64,000 nucleotides of DNA, taken from positions 156,605 through 220,604 of the forward strand of contig CAVUFO010000014.1 of the NCBI GenBank assembly GCA_963740785.1, written 5' to 3'. Below the pieces are notes generated by a model. That model saw only the letters and a program-made list of their open reading frames with translations, was not told where the DNA came from and ran no database searches. The first letter of the stretch is position 1. Each line of letters opens with the position of its first letter. Source of the stretch: an uncultured Actinomycetota bacterium. GTDB taxonomy: Bacteria; Actinomycetota; Actinomycetes; Streptosporangiales; Streptosporangiaceae. Shown here piece after piece: positions 19,188 to 26,926 of the stretch. The position numbers and the translations under genes were made by a program.

Positions 19188-20489
19188 ATGCGCAGCACCC
19201 GGAAGTATGCCGCCGTGGCGACGGTGGCAGCAGCGGCGCTCGCCCTCGCTGCCTGCTCAAGCGGCGGCTCGGGCTCAGGGAACAGCGGAAAGGCCAGCGG
19301 TCCTGTCACCCTCACCTGGTGGAACAATGCGACCGCCAATCCGCTGAAGGGCGTGTACCTCGATGCCATCAAGGCGTTCCAGGCCAGCCATCCGAAAGTT
19401 TCGATCTCCAACGTGCCAATCCAGAACGAGCAGTTCCCGACGAAGGTGCCGCTGGCGCTCCAGTCGGACGATCCGCCTGACATTTTCCAGCAATGGGGCG
19501 GCGGCCAGGAGGCAACACAGCTCAAGTCTGGCAAGCTCGCTAACCTGACGAAGATGGTGTCGGGCTGGATTCACGAGCTGGGCCCTGCGGCGGCAGGCTG
19601 GCAGGTGAACGGGCAGCAGTACGGCATCCCGTATGACCTGCACATGGTGGGCTTCTGGTACCGCAAGGACCTGTTCGCCAAGGCGGGCATCACCAGCCCG
19701 CCGGCCACGATGGGCGACCTGAACGCGGACGTGACCAAGCTGAAGACCGCGCACATCGTCCCGATCGCCGTCGGCAGCAAGGACCGGTGGCCAGACGCCT
19801 TCTACTGGGACTACTTCGTGGTGCGGGAGTGCTCGGTCGCCACGCTGCAGAAGGCCGTCAAGGCGGTGTCGGCCAGCGACCCGTGCTTTGTTCAGGCGGG
19901 AAATGACCTGAAGTCTTTCATGGCCACCAAGCCATTCCAGGCCGGCTTCCTGGGAACCCCCGCTCAGGTGGGCGCCGGCAGCTCGGCCGGCATGGTGGCG
20001 AACGGCAAGGCCGCGATGGAGCTGCAGGGTGACTGGGATCCTGCCGTGATGACGCCGCTGAGCTCGAGCAAGGGCTTCCTGTCCAACGTCGGCTGGTTCC
20101 CGTTCCCTGCTGTCAGCGGTGCGGCCGGTGACCCGTCGGTGCTGCTGGGCGGCGGCGACGGCTTCTCGTGCACCACCAGCGCGCCGGAGCCGGCCTGCGT
20201 GGACTTCCTCGCCTACCTGGACAGCCCGGCGGTCCAGAAGCAGCTCGTGAGCACCGCCAAAGTCGGCCTGCCAGCCAACCCGGCCGCCGCGTCGGCGCTG
20301 ACGCTCCCGGCCGACAAGCTGATCCTGCAGACCAGCCAGAAGGCCGCCTACATCCAGACTTACCTCGACATCGCCTACCCGACGAACGTGGGCCAGGCAC
20401 TCGACAACGCCGTCGCGAACTTCTTCGCCGGGCAGGGCTCGCCGCAGTCGATCGTCACGGCCATCGATCAGGCGGCATCCCGGCAGTAA
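19188..20489 (+). CDS. Sugar ABC transporter substrate-binding lipoprotein (family 1 SBP)
   Basis: MRSTRKYAAVATVAAAALALAACSSGGSGSG carries a lipobox (LAAC). An AGGAG lies 9 nt upstream of ATG 19188. TLTWWNN and QQWGGGQ motifs are present. Confidence 0.9.
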   Translation: MRSTRKYAAVATVAAAALALAACSSGGSGSGNSGKASGPVTLTWWNNATANPLKGVYLDAIKAFQASHPKVSISNVPIQNEQFPTKVPLALQSDDPPDIFQQWGGGQEATQLKSGKLANLTKMVSGWIHELGPAAAGWQVNGQQYGIPYDLHMVGFWYRKDLFAKAGITSPPATMGDLNADVTKLKTAHIVPIAVGSKDRWPDAFYWDYFVVRECSVATLQKAVKAVSASDPCFVQAGNDLKSFMATKPFQAGFLGTPAQVGAGSSAGMVANGKAAMELQGDWDPAVMTPLSSSKGFLSNVGWFPFPAVSGAAGDPSVLLGGGDGFSCTTSAPEPACVDFLAYLDSPAVQKQLVSTAKVGLPANPAAASALTLPADKLILQTSQKAAYIQTYLDIAYPTNVGQALDNAVANFFAGQGSPQSIVTAIDQAASRQ

Positions 20490-20506
20490 GGGCCGGCACA
20501 GCAGTA

Positions 20507-21511
20507 ATGAGTCAGGTCACGCGCGAGATGGCTGCGGCGGACTCCGCCGCGGCCATCGCCGCCGCGGACTCGCCGCGGCGCCTGCGGCTGACCCGTCCGC
20601 GGCTGACTCGTCCGCGGCTGGGCCGCAAGCAGCTGGAGCTGATCGTGCTGATCGGCCCCGCGGCGCTGCTGTTCACCGTGTTCGTGCTGCTGCCGATCTG
20701 CATCGCCGCGTACTACGGCCTGTTCAACTGGAGCGGCTACGGCACGCTTTCGGACTTCGCCGGGCTGCACAACTACCAGCTCGCGCTCGGCGACCCGGTG
20801 TTCCGCGAGTCGCTGCTGCACAACGTCATCATCGCGGTGCTGTCGCTGCTGATTCAGCTGCCGGTCAGCATCGCGGTTGCGCTGCTGCTGAACCGGCGGA
20901 TGCGCGGCGGGTCGTTCCTCCGGCTGGCCGTGTTCACGCCTTACGTTCTGTCCGAGGCCACGACTGCCGTGCTGTGGCTGCTCATGCTCCAGCCTGGCGG
21001 CTTCGTCGACCAGGTGCTCAAGACCGTGGGCCTTGGCAGCCTCGTGCACCAGTGGCTGGCCAACACCTCGCTCGTCCTGTACACCCTGTTCGCGGTCGTC
21101 ACCTGGAAGTACGTCGGCTTCGGGATCATCCTGCTGCTGGCCGGCCTGCAGGGCATCCCCGCCGAACTGCGGGAGGCGGCCGCGATCGACGGCGCGTCGC
21201 CGTGGCAGACGACACGCCGGATCACGCTGCCGCTGCTGGGCCCCACGATCAGGATCTGGATCTTCCTGTCGATGATCGGCTCGCTGCAGCTGTTCGACAT
21301 CGTCTGGATCATGACCATCGGCGGCCCGGCGAACGCCTCGAGCACGATGGTGACGTACATGATCGAGAACGGCTTCCGGAGCCTGGAGTTCGGCTACGGG
21401 AGCGCTGTCGCGGTGGTCTTGTTCATCCTCAGTTTTGTCTTCGCGCTGCTCTACCAGCGTTTCGCGCTGCGCCGCGACACGGCAGGCGCCATGACAAGGG
21501 CTGTGGGGTGA
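20507..21511 (+). CDS. Sugar ABC transporter permease (MalF-like)
   Basis: Multi-TM protein with the EAA loop region ELREAAAIDGASPWQTTRRITLPLL. The N-terminus contains a duplicated LTRPR pentapeptide. Confidence 0.9.
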   Translation: MSQVTREMAAADSAAAIAAADSPRRLRLTRPRLTRPRLGRKQLELIVLIGPAALLFTVFVLLPICIAAYYGLFNWSGYGTLSDFAGLHNYQLALGDPVFRESLLHNVIIAVLSLLIQLPVSIAVALLLNRRMRGGSFLRLAVFTPYVLSEATTAVLWLLMLQPGGFVDQVLKTVGLGSLVHQWLANTSLVLYTLFAVVTWKYVGFGIILLLAGLQGIPAELREAAAIDGASPWQTTRRITLPLLGPTIRIWIFLSMIGSLQLFDIVWIMTIGGPANASSTMVTYMIENGFRSLEFGYGSAVAVVLFILSFVFALLYQRFALRRDTAGAMTRAVG

Positions 21512-21518
21512 CGCAGGC

Positions 21519-22409
21519 ATGGCCGTCCTCGTGAAGAGCCGGCCGGCGGGCGCGCCGGCGCCCGCCAGGCCGCGACGCTCGAGGATCAGGCCGATCGTGC
21601 CGCTCAGTTACCTGGTGGCGCTGATCATCATCGCGATCACGCTGGTCCCGCTGCTGTTCGTGGTCCTGGGCGGGTTCCGCTCGACGGCGCAGCTCAACTC
21701 CTCGCCGACGGGCCTGCCGGCGCCGTGGGTATGGCAGAACTACCGGTCCATCCTCACGGCAGGGTCATTCTGGCAAGACGTCGCCAACAGCGCGGTGATC
21801 GCCGTCGTCGCGACCGGGCTGTCGGTCGGGCTCGGCGCCATGGCGGCGTTCGCGCTCGCCAGGTACGACTTCCGCTGGCGGGAAGGGTGGTACCTGCTCT
21901 TCGCGATCGGCCTGCTGTTTCCCGCGAACGTGGCGTCGCTGCCGATCTACCTGATGCTCAAGCAGATCAACCTGACCGACAACCTGCTCGGGGTGGCGCT
22001 GCCGGAAGCCGCGTTCTCGCTGCCGTTCACGATCATCATCCTGCGCCCCTTCATGCGGGCGATTCCCGGCGAACTGCAGGACGCCGCGGTGGTTGACGGC
22101 GCGTCGCGGCTCACGTTCTTCGTGCGCATCTTGCTCCCGCTGTCCCGCCCGGCGCTGATGACGGTGTCCATCCTGGCGTTCGTGACGAGCTGGAACAACT
22201 ACCTGCTGCCGTTCCTGTTCTTCACCAAGGGGAGCCTCTTCACGCTGCCGCTCGGCGTGGCGACGTTCCAGTCCGAGTATTCGCAGGACACGGCCGCCAT
22301 CTTCGCGTACACGGCGCTGTCCATGCTGCCTGCGCTCGCGTTCTTCGTGCTAGCTCAGCGGCGCATCGTCGGCGGACTGTCGGGCCTGGCTGGCTCGGTC
22401 AAGGGCTGA
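21519..22409 (+). CDS. Sugar ABC transporter permease (MalG-like)
   Basis: Multi-TM protein with the EAA loop ELQDAAVVDGASRLTFFVRILLPLS. Confidence 0.9.
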   Translation: MAVLVKSRPAGAPAPARPRRSRIRPIVPLSYLVALIIIAITLVPLLFVVLGGFRSTAQLNSSPTGLPAPWVWQNYRSILTAGSFWQDVANSAVIAVVATGLSVGLGAMAAFALARYDFRWREGWYLLFAIGLLFPANVASLPIYLMLKQINLTDNLLGVALPEAAFSLPFTIIILRPFMRAIPGELQDAAVVDGASRLTFFVRILLPLSRPALMTVSILAFVTSWNNYLLPFLFFTKGSLFTLPLGVATFQSEYSQDTAAIFAYTALSMLPALAFFVLAQRRIVGGLSGLAGSVKG

Positions 22410-22467
22410 CTGCGCTAGCTTGCTGTGCGATTCCGGCTCGAGGCCGGCCTGACGCTACGGAGCCGCC

Positions 22468-23451
22468 ATGCTCGTCGATCTTCCGCTGCCCGACCTCCGC
22501 CGCTACCAGCCCGACGTGGCCGAGCCAGCCGACTTCGCTGAGTTCTGGGCCGGACAGCTCGATGCCGCGCGGGCGCACCACGCCGAGCCCTCGTACTACT
22601 CGGTCCGCCGCGGCATCCAGCATGCCGCCGTCTATGACGTGACGTTCGCTGGCTATGGCGGCGACCCGATCAAGGCCTGGCTGCTCGATCCGCATCGCGC
22701 CGTCGACGGCGGTGCCGTCGTCGTCGAGTTCGTGGGCTACGGCGGCGGGCGCGGCGACCCGTTCGACTGGCTGCGGTGGAGCTGCGCCGGCTATCCGCAC
22801 CTGATCATGGACTGCCGCGGCCAGGGCGGCGGATGGCGCCGCGCCGACACCCCTGACCTGGGCGACAGGGGCGCACCGAGCACACCAGGCTTCCTCACCC
22901 GCGGCATCATGGAGCCGGGCAGCCACTATTTCACCCGGCTGTTCGTGGATGCGGCGCGGGCGGTGGATGCCATCAGGCGGTGGCCGGCCGCCGAGGGCCG
23001 GCCGGTCGTCACCACCGGGGCCAGCCAGGGCGGCGGGCTCGCGATCGCCGCCGCGCACCTGGCCGGCGGCGTGGCGGCGGTCATGCCCGATGTCCCGTTC
23101 CTCGCCCATCCGCAGCGGGCCGTCGAGGTGACCGACGCCCGGCCGTACTCCGAGCTCGCGGAGTACTGCCGGGTGCACGCGGACAATGTCGACCAGGTCT
23201 TTGCCACCCTCGGCTACGTCGACGTCGTCAACCACGCCAGGCACGTCACCGCTCCCGCGCTGTTCTCGGTCGCCCTGGCCGACGACATCACCCCGCCGTC
23301 GACGGTTTTCGCGGCCTACAACCACTACGCGGGCTCGCTCAAGGACATCGCGGTCTACCCGTACAACGGCCACGAGGGCGGCGGCACCCGGCACTTCCTG
23401 GCCCAGCTCGACTTCCTGGAGACGCGTCGCGGTGATACGAGAGCCGGGTGA
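22468..23451 (+). CDS. Acetyl-xylan esterase / cephalosporin-C deacetylase (CE7)
   Basis: GYGGGRG, the TTGASQGGGLA nucleophile elbow, and C-terminal YPYNGHEGG. Confidence 0.88.
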   Translation: MLVDLPLPDLRRYQPDVAEPADFAEFWAGQLDAARAHHAEPSYYSVRRGIQHAAVYDVTFAGYGGDPIKAWLLDPHRAVDGGAVVVEFVGYGGGRGDPFDWLRWSCAGYPHLIMDCRGQGGGWRRADTPDLGDRGAPSTPGFLTRGIMEPGSHYFTRLFVDAARAVDAIRRWPAAEGRPVVTTGASQGGGLAIAAAHLAGGVAAVMPDVPFLAHPQRAVEVTDARPYSELAEYCRVHADNVDQVFATLGYVDVVNHARHVTAPALFSVALADDITPPSTVFAAYNHYAGSLKDIAVYPYNGHEGGGTRHFLAQLDFLETRRGDTRAG

Positions 23452-23857
23452 CATCGAGGGCCAGACCATCAAGGCCATGGGGCTCATCGGCGGCCGCGCG
23501 ATGGCGCGCTGCTGGTCTCCGAAGGCTCGAACCTGGACGGCGAGCTGTTCCACCGGCCGCTCGGCGGACACGTCGATTACGGCGAGTACGCGGCCGACGC
23601 GCTGCGCCGCGAGTTCGGTGAGGAGATCGGCCAGCGAATCACCGATGTGCGGCTGGCCGGGGTGCTGGAAAACATCTTCTCCTTGGGGCGGCGCGACCGA
23701 GCACGAGATCGTGTTCGTCTTCACGGCCGATTTCGCCGATCCGGCGGCCTACGAGGTCGCCGAGCGGCCCATCCTGGACGCCAGGCAGCCGGCCAAAGTG
23801 ATCTGGCGGTCGCCTGGGGCATATTCGCCTCAGGGCGTGCCGGTTCGGCGGCGATAG
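23432..23857 (+). pseudogene. NUDIX hydrolase with two compensating frameshifts
   Basis: The NUDIX box GGHVDYGEYAADALRREFGEEIGQ is in the frame of ORF 23647. The N-terminal (IEGQTIKAMGLIGG) and C-terminal (TEHEIVFVFTADFADPAAYEV...VIWRSP) parts are in the frame of ORF 23186. The shifts lie near 23505 and 23685. Confidence 0.5.
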
Positions 23858-23905
23858 TGCCTCAACACAACCGGACTCGGTATTGCGGGACCGGGCCCAC
23901 CGGAG

Positions 23906-24706
23906 TTGGATGGGAAGGCAGGCGAACGCCGCAAGCGAGAGGGTTGTTGTCAGGTGGCGGTCGGCGGCAGGCGGGTCATCGCGGGGGTGAGCGGCTCGCT
24001 GCGGAGCCTCGGGGCGCTGCGTGCTGGCGTAGAAGAGGCCAGGAAGGCAGGCGTGCCGCTCGTTGCGGTGCTCGCCTGGACGCCAGCGGGCGGTGAGCTC
24101 GCGTACCGGCGAGCCCCGTGCCCAATCCTGATGAAGCTGTGGGAGCAGGCCGCGCGTGAGCGGCTCACCGAAGCCTTCGACGCGGCATTCGGCGGCGTCC
24201 CGGCCGGCCTGACCGTTCGCGGGATGGTCGTGCGGGGCAGAGCGGGCCCGCTGCTGGTGGAGCTCGCCGACCGGCCCGATGACCTGCTCGTCGTCGGCCG
24301 CGGCCGGGGGAACTGGCTGACCAGCAGCGTGCATGGCTCGGTCACCCGCTACTGCATAGCGCACGCGCGCTGCCCGGTGCTGGCTGTGCCGCCGCCTGAG
24401 ATGTTCGCCGACGTGCGTTCCAGATCGCATCGCTGGCGCCCCGAGGATTTCGCCGCCCCGCTGGACGCCAGGTCAGCGGCGCCAGGCGCGGAAGCCACGC
24501 GCCGTGCCGCGACGGTCACCAGCGAACGGCCCGCTGAGCGGAGCGTCAAGGACCTGCCCGCATACCGCGGGGCTCCCTACCACCAGCCGAGCCCGCCATC
24601 CAGGAAGGACCGGACGATCAGGCGGCTCCGCCTGACGTGCATTCTGCTGACCGCGATCCTGCTCGTGGCTCTCACCGGCGTCCTGCTCGCCCAGAGCATG
24701 CCCTGA
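23906..24706 (+). CDS. Universal stress protein (UspA) domain protein with a C-terminal TM anchor
   Basis: RRVIAGVSGSLRSLGALRAGVEEARKAGVPLVAVLAW...LLVVGRGRG...GSVTRYCIAHARCPVLAV, with the C-terminal helix LTCILLTAILLVALTGVLLA. The true start may be the internal GTG near 23954. Confidence 0.7.
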   Translation: MDGKAGERRKREGCCQVAVGGRRVIAGVSGSLRSLGALRAGVEEARKAGVPLVAVLAWTPAGGELAYRRAPCPILMKLWEQAARERLTEAFDAAFGGVPAGLTVRGMVVRGRAGPLLVELADRPDDLLVVGRGRGNWLTSSVHGSVTRYCIAHARCPVLAVPPPEMFADVRSRSHRWRPEDFAAPLDARSAAPGAEATRRAATVTSERPAERSVKDLPAYRGAPYHQPSPPSRKDRTIRRLRLTCILLTAILLVALTGVLLAQSMP

Positions 24707-24717
24707 CCCGACCCGCG

Positions 24718-25761
24718 CTAGAACACCGAGATGTGCACGTGGTCGTAGTGGTTCGCGGTGATGCTGCCGCGATCGGGCATCGCCACCCAGCCCGCTGAGG
24801 CCATCCTGATGTCCCAGATGTGCTGCCGGTAGATGATGTACATGATCCCGAGCTCGGACGCGTTGGCCTGGGCCCAGTGCGCGATCGCGTATCCGAGCTG
24901 GACGTTGGCGGCCGTCGGCATGACGCCGCCGGAGCTGAGCATGAAATCGCATGCCCGGCCGAGCGGGTGCTCGCCGGTGGCCTCTGCCCGGTAGCAGCCG
25001 ATCGCGGAGAACGGGCCGAACCGCCGGTCGACAGCGTTCTTCACCGCCGCCATGCGGGGGGTGATGCTGCCGCCGATCACGGGCGACTGAGGGCGGAACT
25101 TGGCCAGCAGGCGCTTGACGGTCTGCCGCTGGCGCTCGAGCGCCGTGATCATCTTGCGCAGGTCGGCGACTTTGGTCCTGGCCGCCTTATCGGCGCTCTC
25201 GCTGGTGAGGATGAGGTGCTGCAGGGCACGCTGCCTGATGCTGCGCTGCCGCGCCAGGTACGTGATCAGGGCCGACCTGTCCATGATCCCGCGGGCATGG
25301 CCGCTGAACAGGGCGAGGAGCTGCTGGTCAGTCCCGCCGTTCAGGTAGCTGGCGACGGCCAGCCTGGACATCTGATGCCGGGAGATGCCGAGCTGATGGC
25401 GCACCATCCTGGCTCGTGACGCCGCCGCGTCCGCGTCGGCCCCGGCGCCGGCGAGCGTGTCGAGCTCGCCGCGGTACTGCTTGGCCAGCTTCGCCGCGCG
25501 TGCTTCAAGCCGCGCCAGCGTCAGGTGCCCGTCGCTGCCTGCCAGCGCCGCATCGGCGGCCAGGACCGCGCTGCGGGCGGACCGCGCCGCGGAACTCGCG
25601 GTCGCGGCGTCTCCGGCTGACGAGGCAACCAGGGCGCCGGCAAGCGCGGCGACGAGGGCGGCCGAGCGACCGTAGCTGCCGAGGCGAGAGCCACGCGCGG
25701 GCGCGGGCCCGCGCCGGAAAGCGATCCTGCGAGCCACGGGGATCAGGTCCGGACGGCGCAC
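24718..25761 (-). CDS. Secreted coiled-coil protein with a C-terminal cell-wall-hydrolase-like domain
   Basis: Signal-like N-terminus (SAALVAALAGALVASSAG) and a long heptad-rich middle. The C-terminal motif is GEHPLGRACDFM...LGYAIAHWAQANASELGIMYIIYRQHIWD...DRGSITANHYDHVHISVF, seen in actinomycete and phage lytic-type proteins. The GTG at 25761 was chosen (GGAGGAGG 7 nt upstream); the ORF track start is 25872. Confidence 0.65.
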   Translation of the reverse strand: MRRPDLIPVARRIAFRRGPAPARGSRLGSYGRSAALVAALAGALVASSAGDAATASSAARSARSAVLAADAALAGSDGHLTLARLEARAAKLAKQYRGELDTLAGAGADADAAASRARMVRHQLGISRHQMSRLAVASYLNGGTDQQLLALFSGHARGIMDRSALITYLARQRSIRQRALQHLILTSESADKAARTKVADLRKMITALERQRQTVKRLLAKFRPQSPVIGGSITPRMAAVKNAVDRRFGPFSAIGCYRAEATGEHPLGRACDFMLSSGGVMPTAANVQLGYAIAHWAQANASELGIMYIIYRQHIWDIRMASAGWVAMPDRGSITANHYDHVHISVF

Positions 25762-25981
25762 AGGGTCACCTCCTCCTGTCGTCCGCGGCGGGCTGGGCAC
25801 GCGCCGTCGTCCACGCCGGTAGGAGCGAACTGACGCCGACCATAGCAGCCAAAACAGCCGTCCGTGGCCCATCTGGCCTGATCGCAGGCGTGGTGCCCTG
25901 TGCCGCCGCCGCCGCCCGTTGGTGAACGTCGCCGGTGCGGCCGTGACGAGCCCGAACGGCTGGCCGCGAGGCGCGGGACGA

Positions 25982-26389
25982 CTACGCGGCGACGTGGCGC
26001 GCTGTCTTCAGACAGGAGCGAGGTCGGGTCGCGCCGGCGTTTATCTTCGCGTACATCCAGGGGCGGCCGGCCTGGACGGCGTACATCCACGGCCTGCCGG
26101 CGGGAACGGCGTACATCCACGGGCGCTTGAGCTTTGCCGCGTGCAACGGTGCCGCCTTGCGTGCCGCACAGAAACTGGCCGCGCTGGCCGACGTACCCGC
26201 TGGATGCTGCGGCCCGGCGACGTGCGCCGCGCCGGGCGATGCCGCTGCTGTAGCGCCGAAACTGACGAGGACGAGAGCTGGGACGGCGATGCTCCGCGCC
26301 AGTTGGGCGCGAGCCTGAGCGCGGCGAGCGCTGGCCGCCGATCCACCGGTTCGCGTGATTACATTCCGTAACGACCTGCGAGTCTGCAT
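25982..26389 (-). CDS. Small exported protein with three tandem RPWMYA decapeptide repeats (no recognised family)
   Basis: ATG 26389 is preceded by a GAGGAG RBS. Signal-like segment RRAQARAQLARSIAVPALVLVSFGATAAASPGAAHVA. Codon position 3 is richer in G+C than in the same-phase antisense ORF 25919..26371. The C-terminal half is KRPWMYAVPAG-RPWMYAVQAG-RPWMYAKINAG between two Cys. There is a TTA codon at position 7. Confidence 0.6.
   Translation of the reverse strand: MQTRRSLRNVITRTGGSAASARRAQARAQLARSIAVPALVLVSFGATAAASPGAAHVAGPQHPAGTSASAASFCAARKAAPLHAAKLKRPWMYAVPAGRPWMYAVQAGRPWMYAKINAGATRPRSCLKTARHVAA
26049..26138. repeat. 30-bp tandem repeat x3 (GCGTACATCCA core) inside the small exported protein gene
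   Basis: GCGTACATCCA occurs at 26049, 26079 and 26109, an exact 30-bp period. It encodes the RPWMYA repeats on the minus strand. Confidence 0.9.
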
Positions 26390-26527
26390 CGAGAAGGTCT
26401 CCTCTTTGGTGCCGAGATTGTCAGGCCCACCAGAACCGACAAGCTACCCGACCTGGCGGCTGCGGGAAGGGCGTTTGCACTGATTCACATGAGAGGTCCC
26501 GTCAATGCGGTTTACCTGCGATAACTT

Positions 26528-26542
26528 CGTGTGAATCACACG
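26528..26542. promoter_or_regulatory. 15-bp perfect palindrome CGTGTGA-A-TCACACG in the divergent SARP / small-protein intergenic region
   Basis: Read directly. A matching half site, TGATTCACA, lies at 26481..26489. Both are 90-150 bp upstream of the small gene's start. Confidence 0.4.
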
Positions 26543-26602
26543 TGCGCGAGCACCCGGGCGGCGCCCCGCCGTCCCGGTACATGACTGCCTGCCACGAATG
26601 AA

Positions 26603-26641
26603 TCCAACGGTCCTGATCGCCGAGGGGGCAGGACCGTTGGA
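26603..26641. other. Hairpin with a 13-bp perfect stem (TCCAACGGTCCTG / CAGGACCGTTGGA) and a 13-nt loop
   Basis: Read directly. It sits at the edge of the AT-rich part of the intergenic region. No U-tract follows, so its role (operator, RNA structure or terminator) is unclear. Confidence 0.6.
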
Positions 26642-26926
26642 CTCAGCGTCCTGGCCTCCTTCGAACGAATTGTATATACGGACAGTGACGAATATTCCGT
26701 TCGCAGGGCTGCGCCGACATCAGAATCAGCCGGCCTCCGCTAAGAATGTCGATGCAAGTTTCATTCAAGCTCGCAATGCGAGAATGCATTATTCCATCAT
26801 TTCTTGCCGTCCCATCAGAATTCATGTGAGATGGGGCTAGAGCGCGGGTATTAATGCGGCCAGAATGGTTGTGTAGGTCACATTCGGCGGCCTTGCCCGC
26901 AGAGGGTAGAAGAGCGCAAGACGATC

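Noticed and set aside
20570-20620. Duplicated 15-bp unit (LTRPR LTRPR) at the N-terminus of the ABC permease
   Set aside because: There are only two imperfect copies in a poorly conserved N-terminal tail, too little to call a repeat feature.
22399-23724. 441-aa minus-strand ORF antisense to the acetyl-xylan esterase
   Set aside because: It has no recognisable motifs and a shadow-ORF composition. The plus strand encodes a complete CE7 esterase.
26481-26542. TGTGA...TCACA sites as CRP/GlxR boxes
   Set aside because: CRP-family sites have a 6-nt spacer between TGTGA and TCACA. Here the halves are separated by a single base, so they are probably bound by a different protein, if any.
26598-26840. 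Small ORFs in the AT-rich spacer (26598..26840 plus strand, 26643..26825 minus strand)
   Set aside because: They have no RBS, no GC3 bias and no recognisable motif. A very small horizontally acquired gene or an sRNA cannot be excluded.
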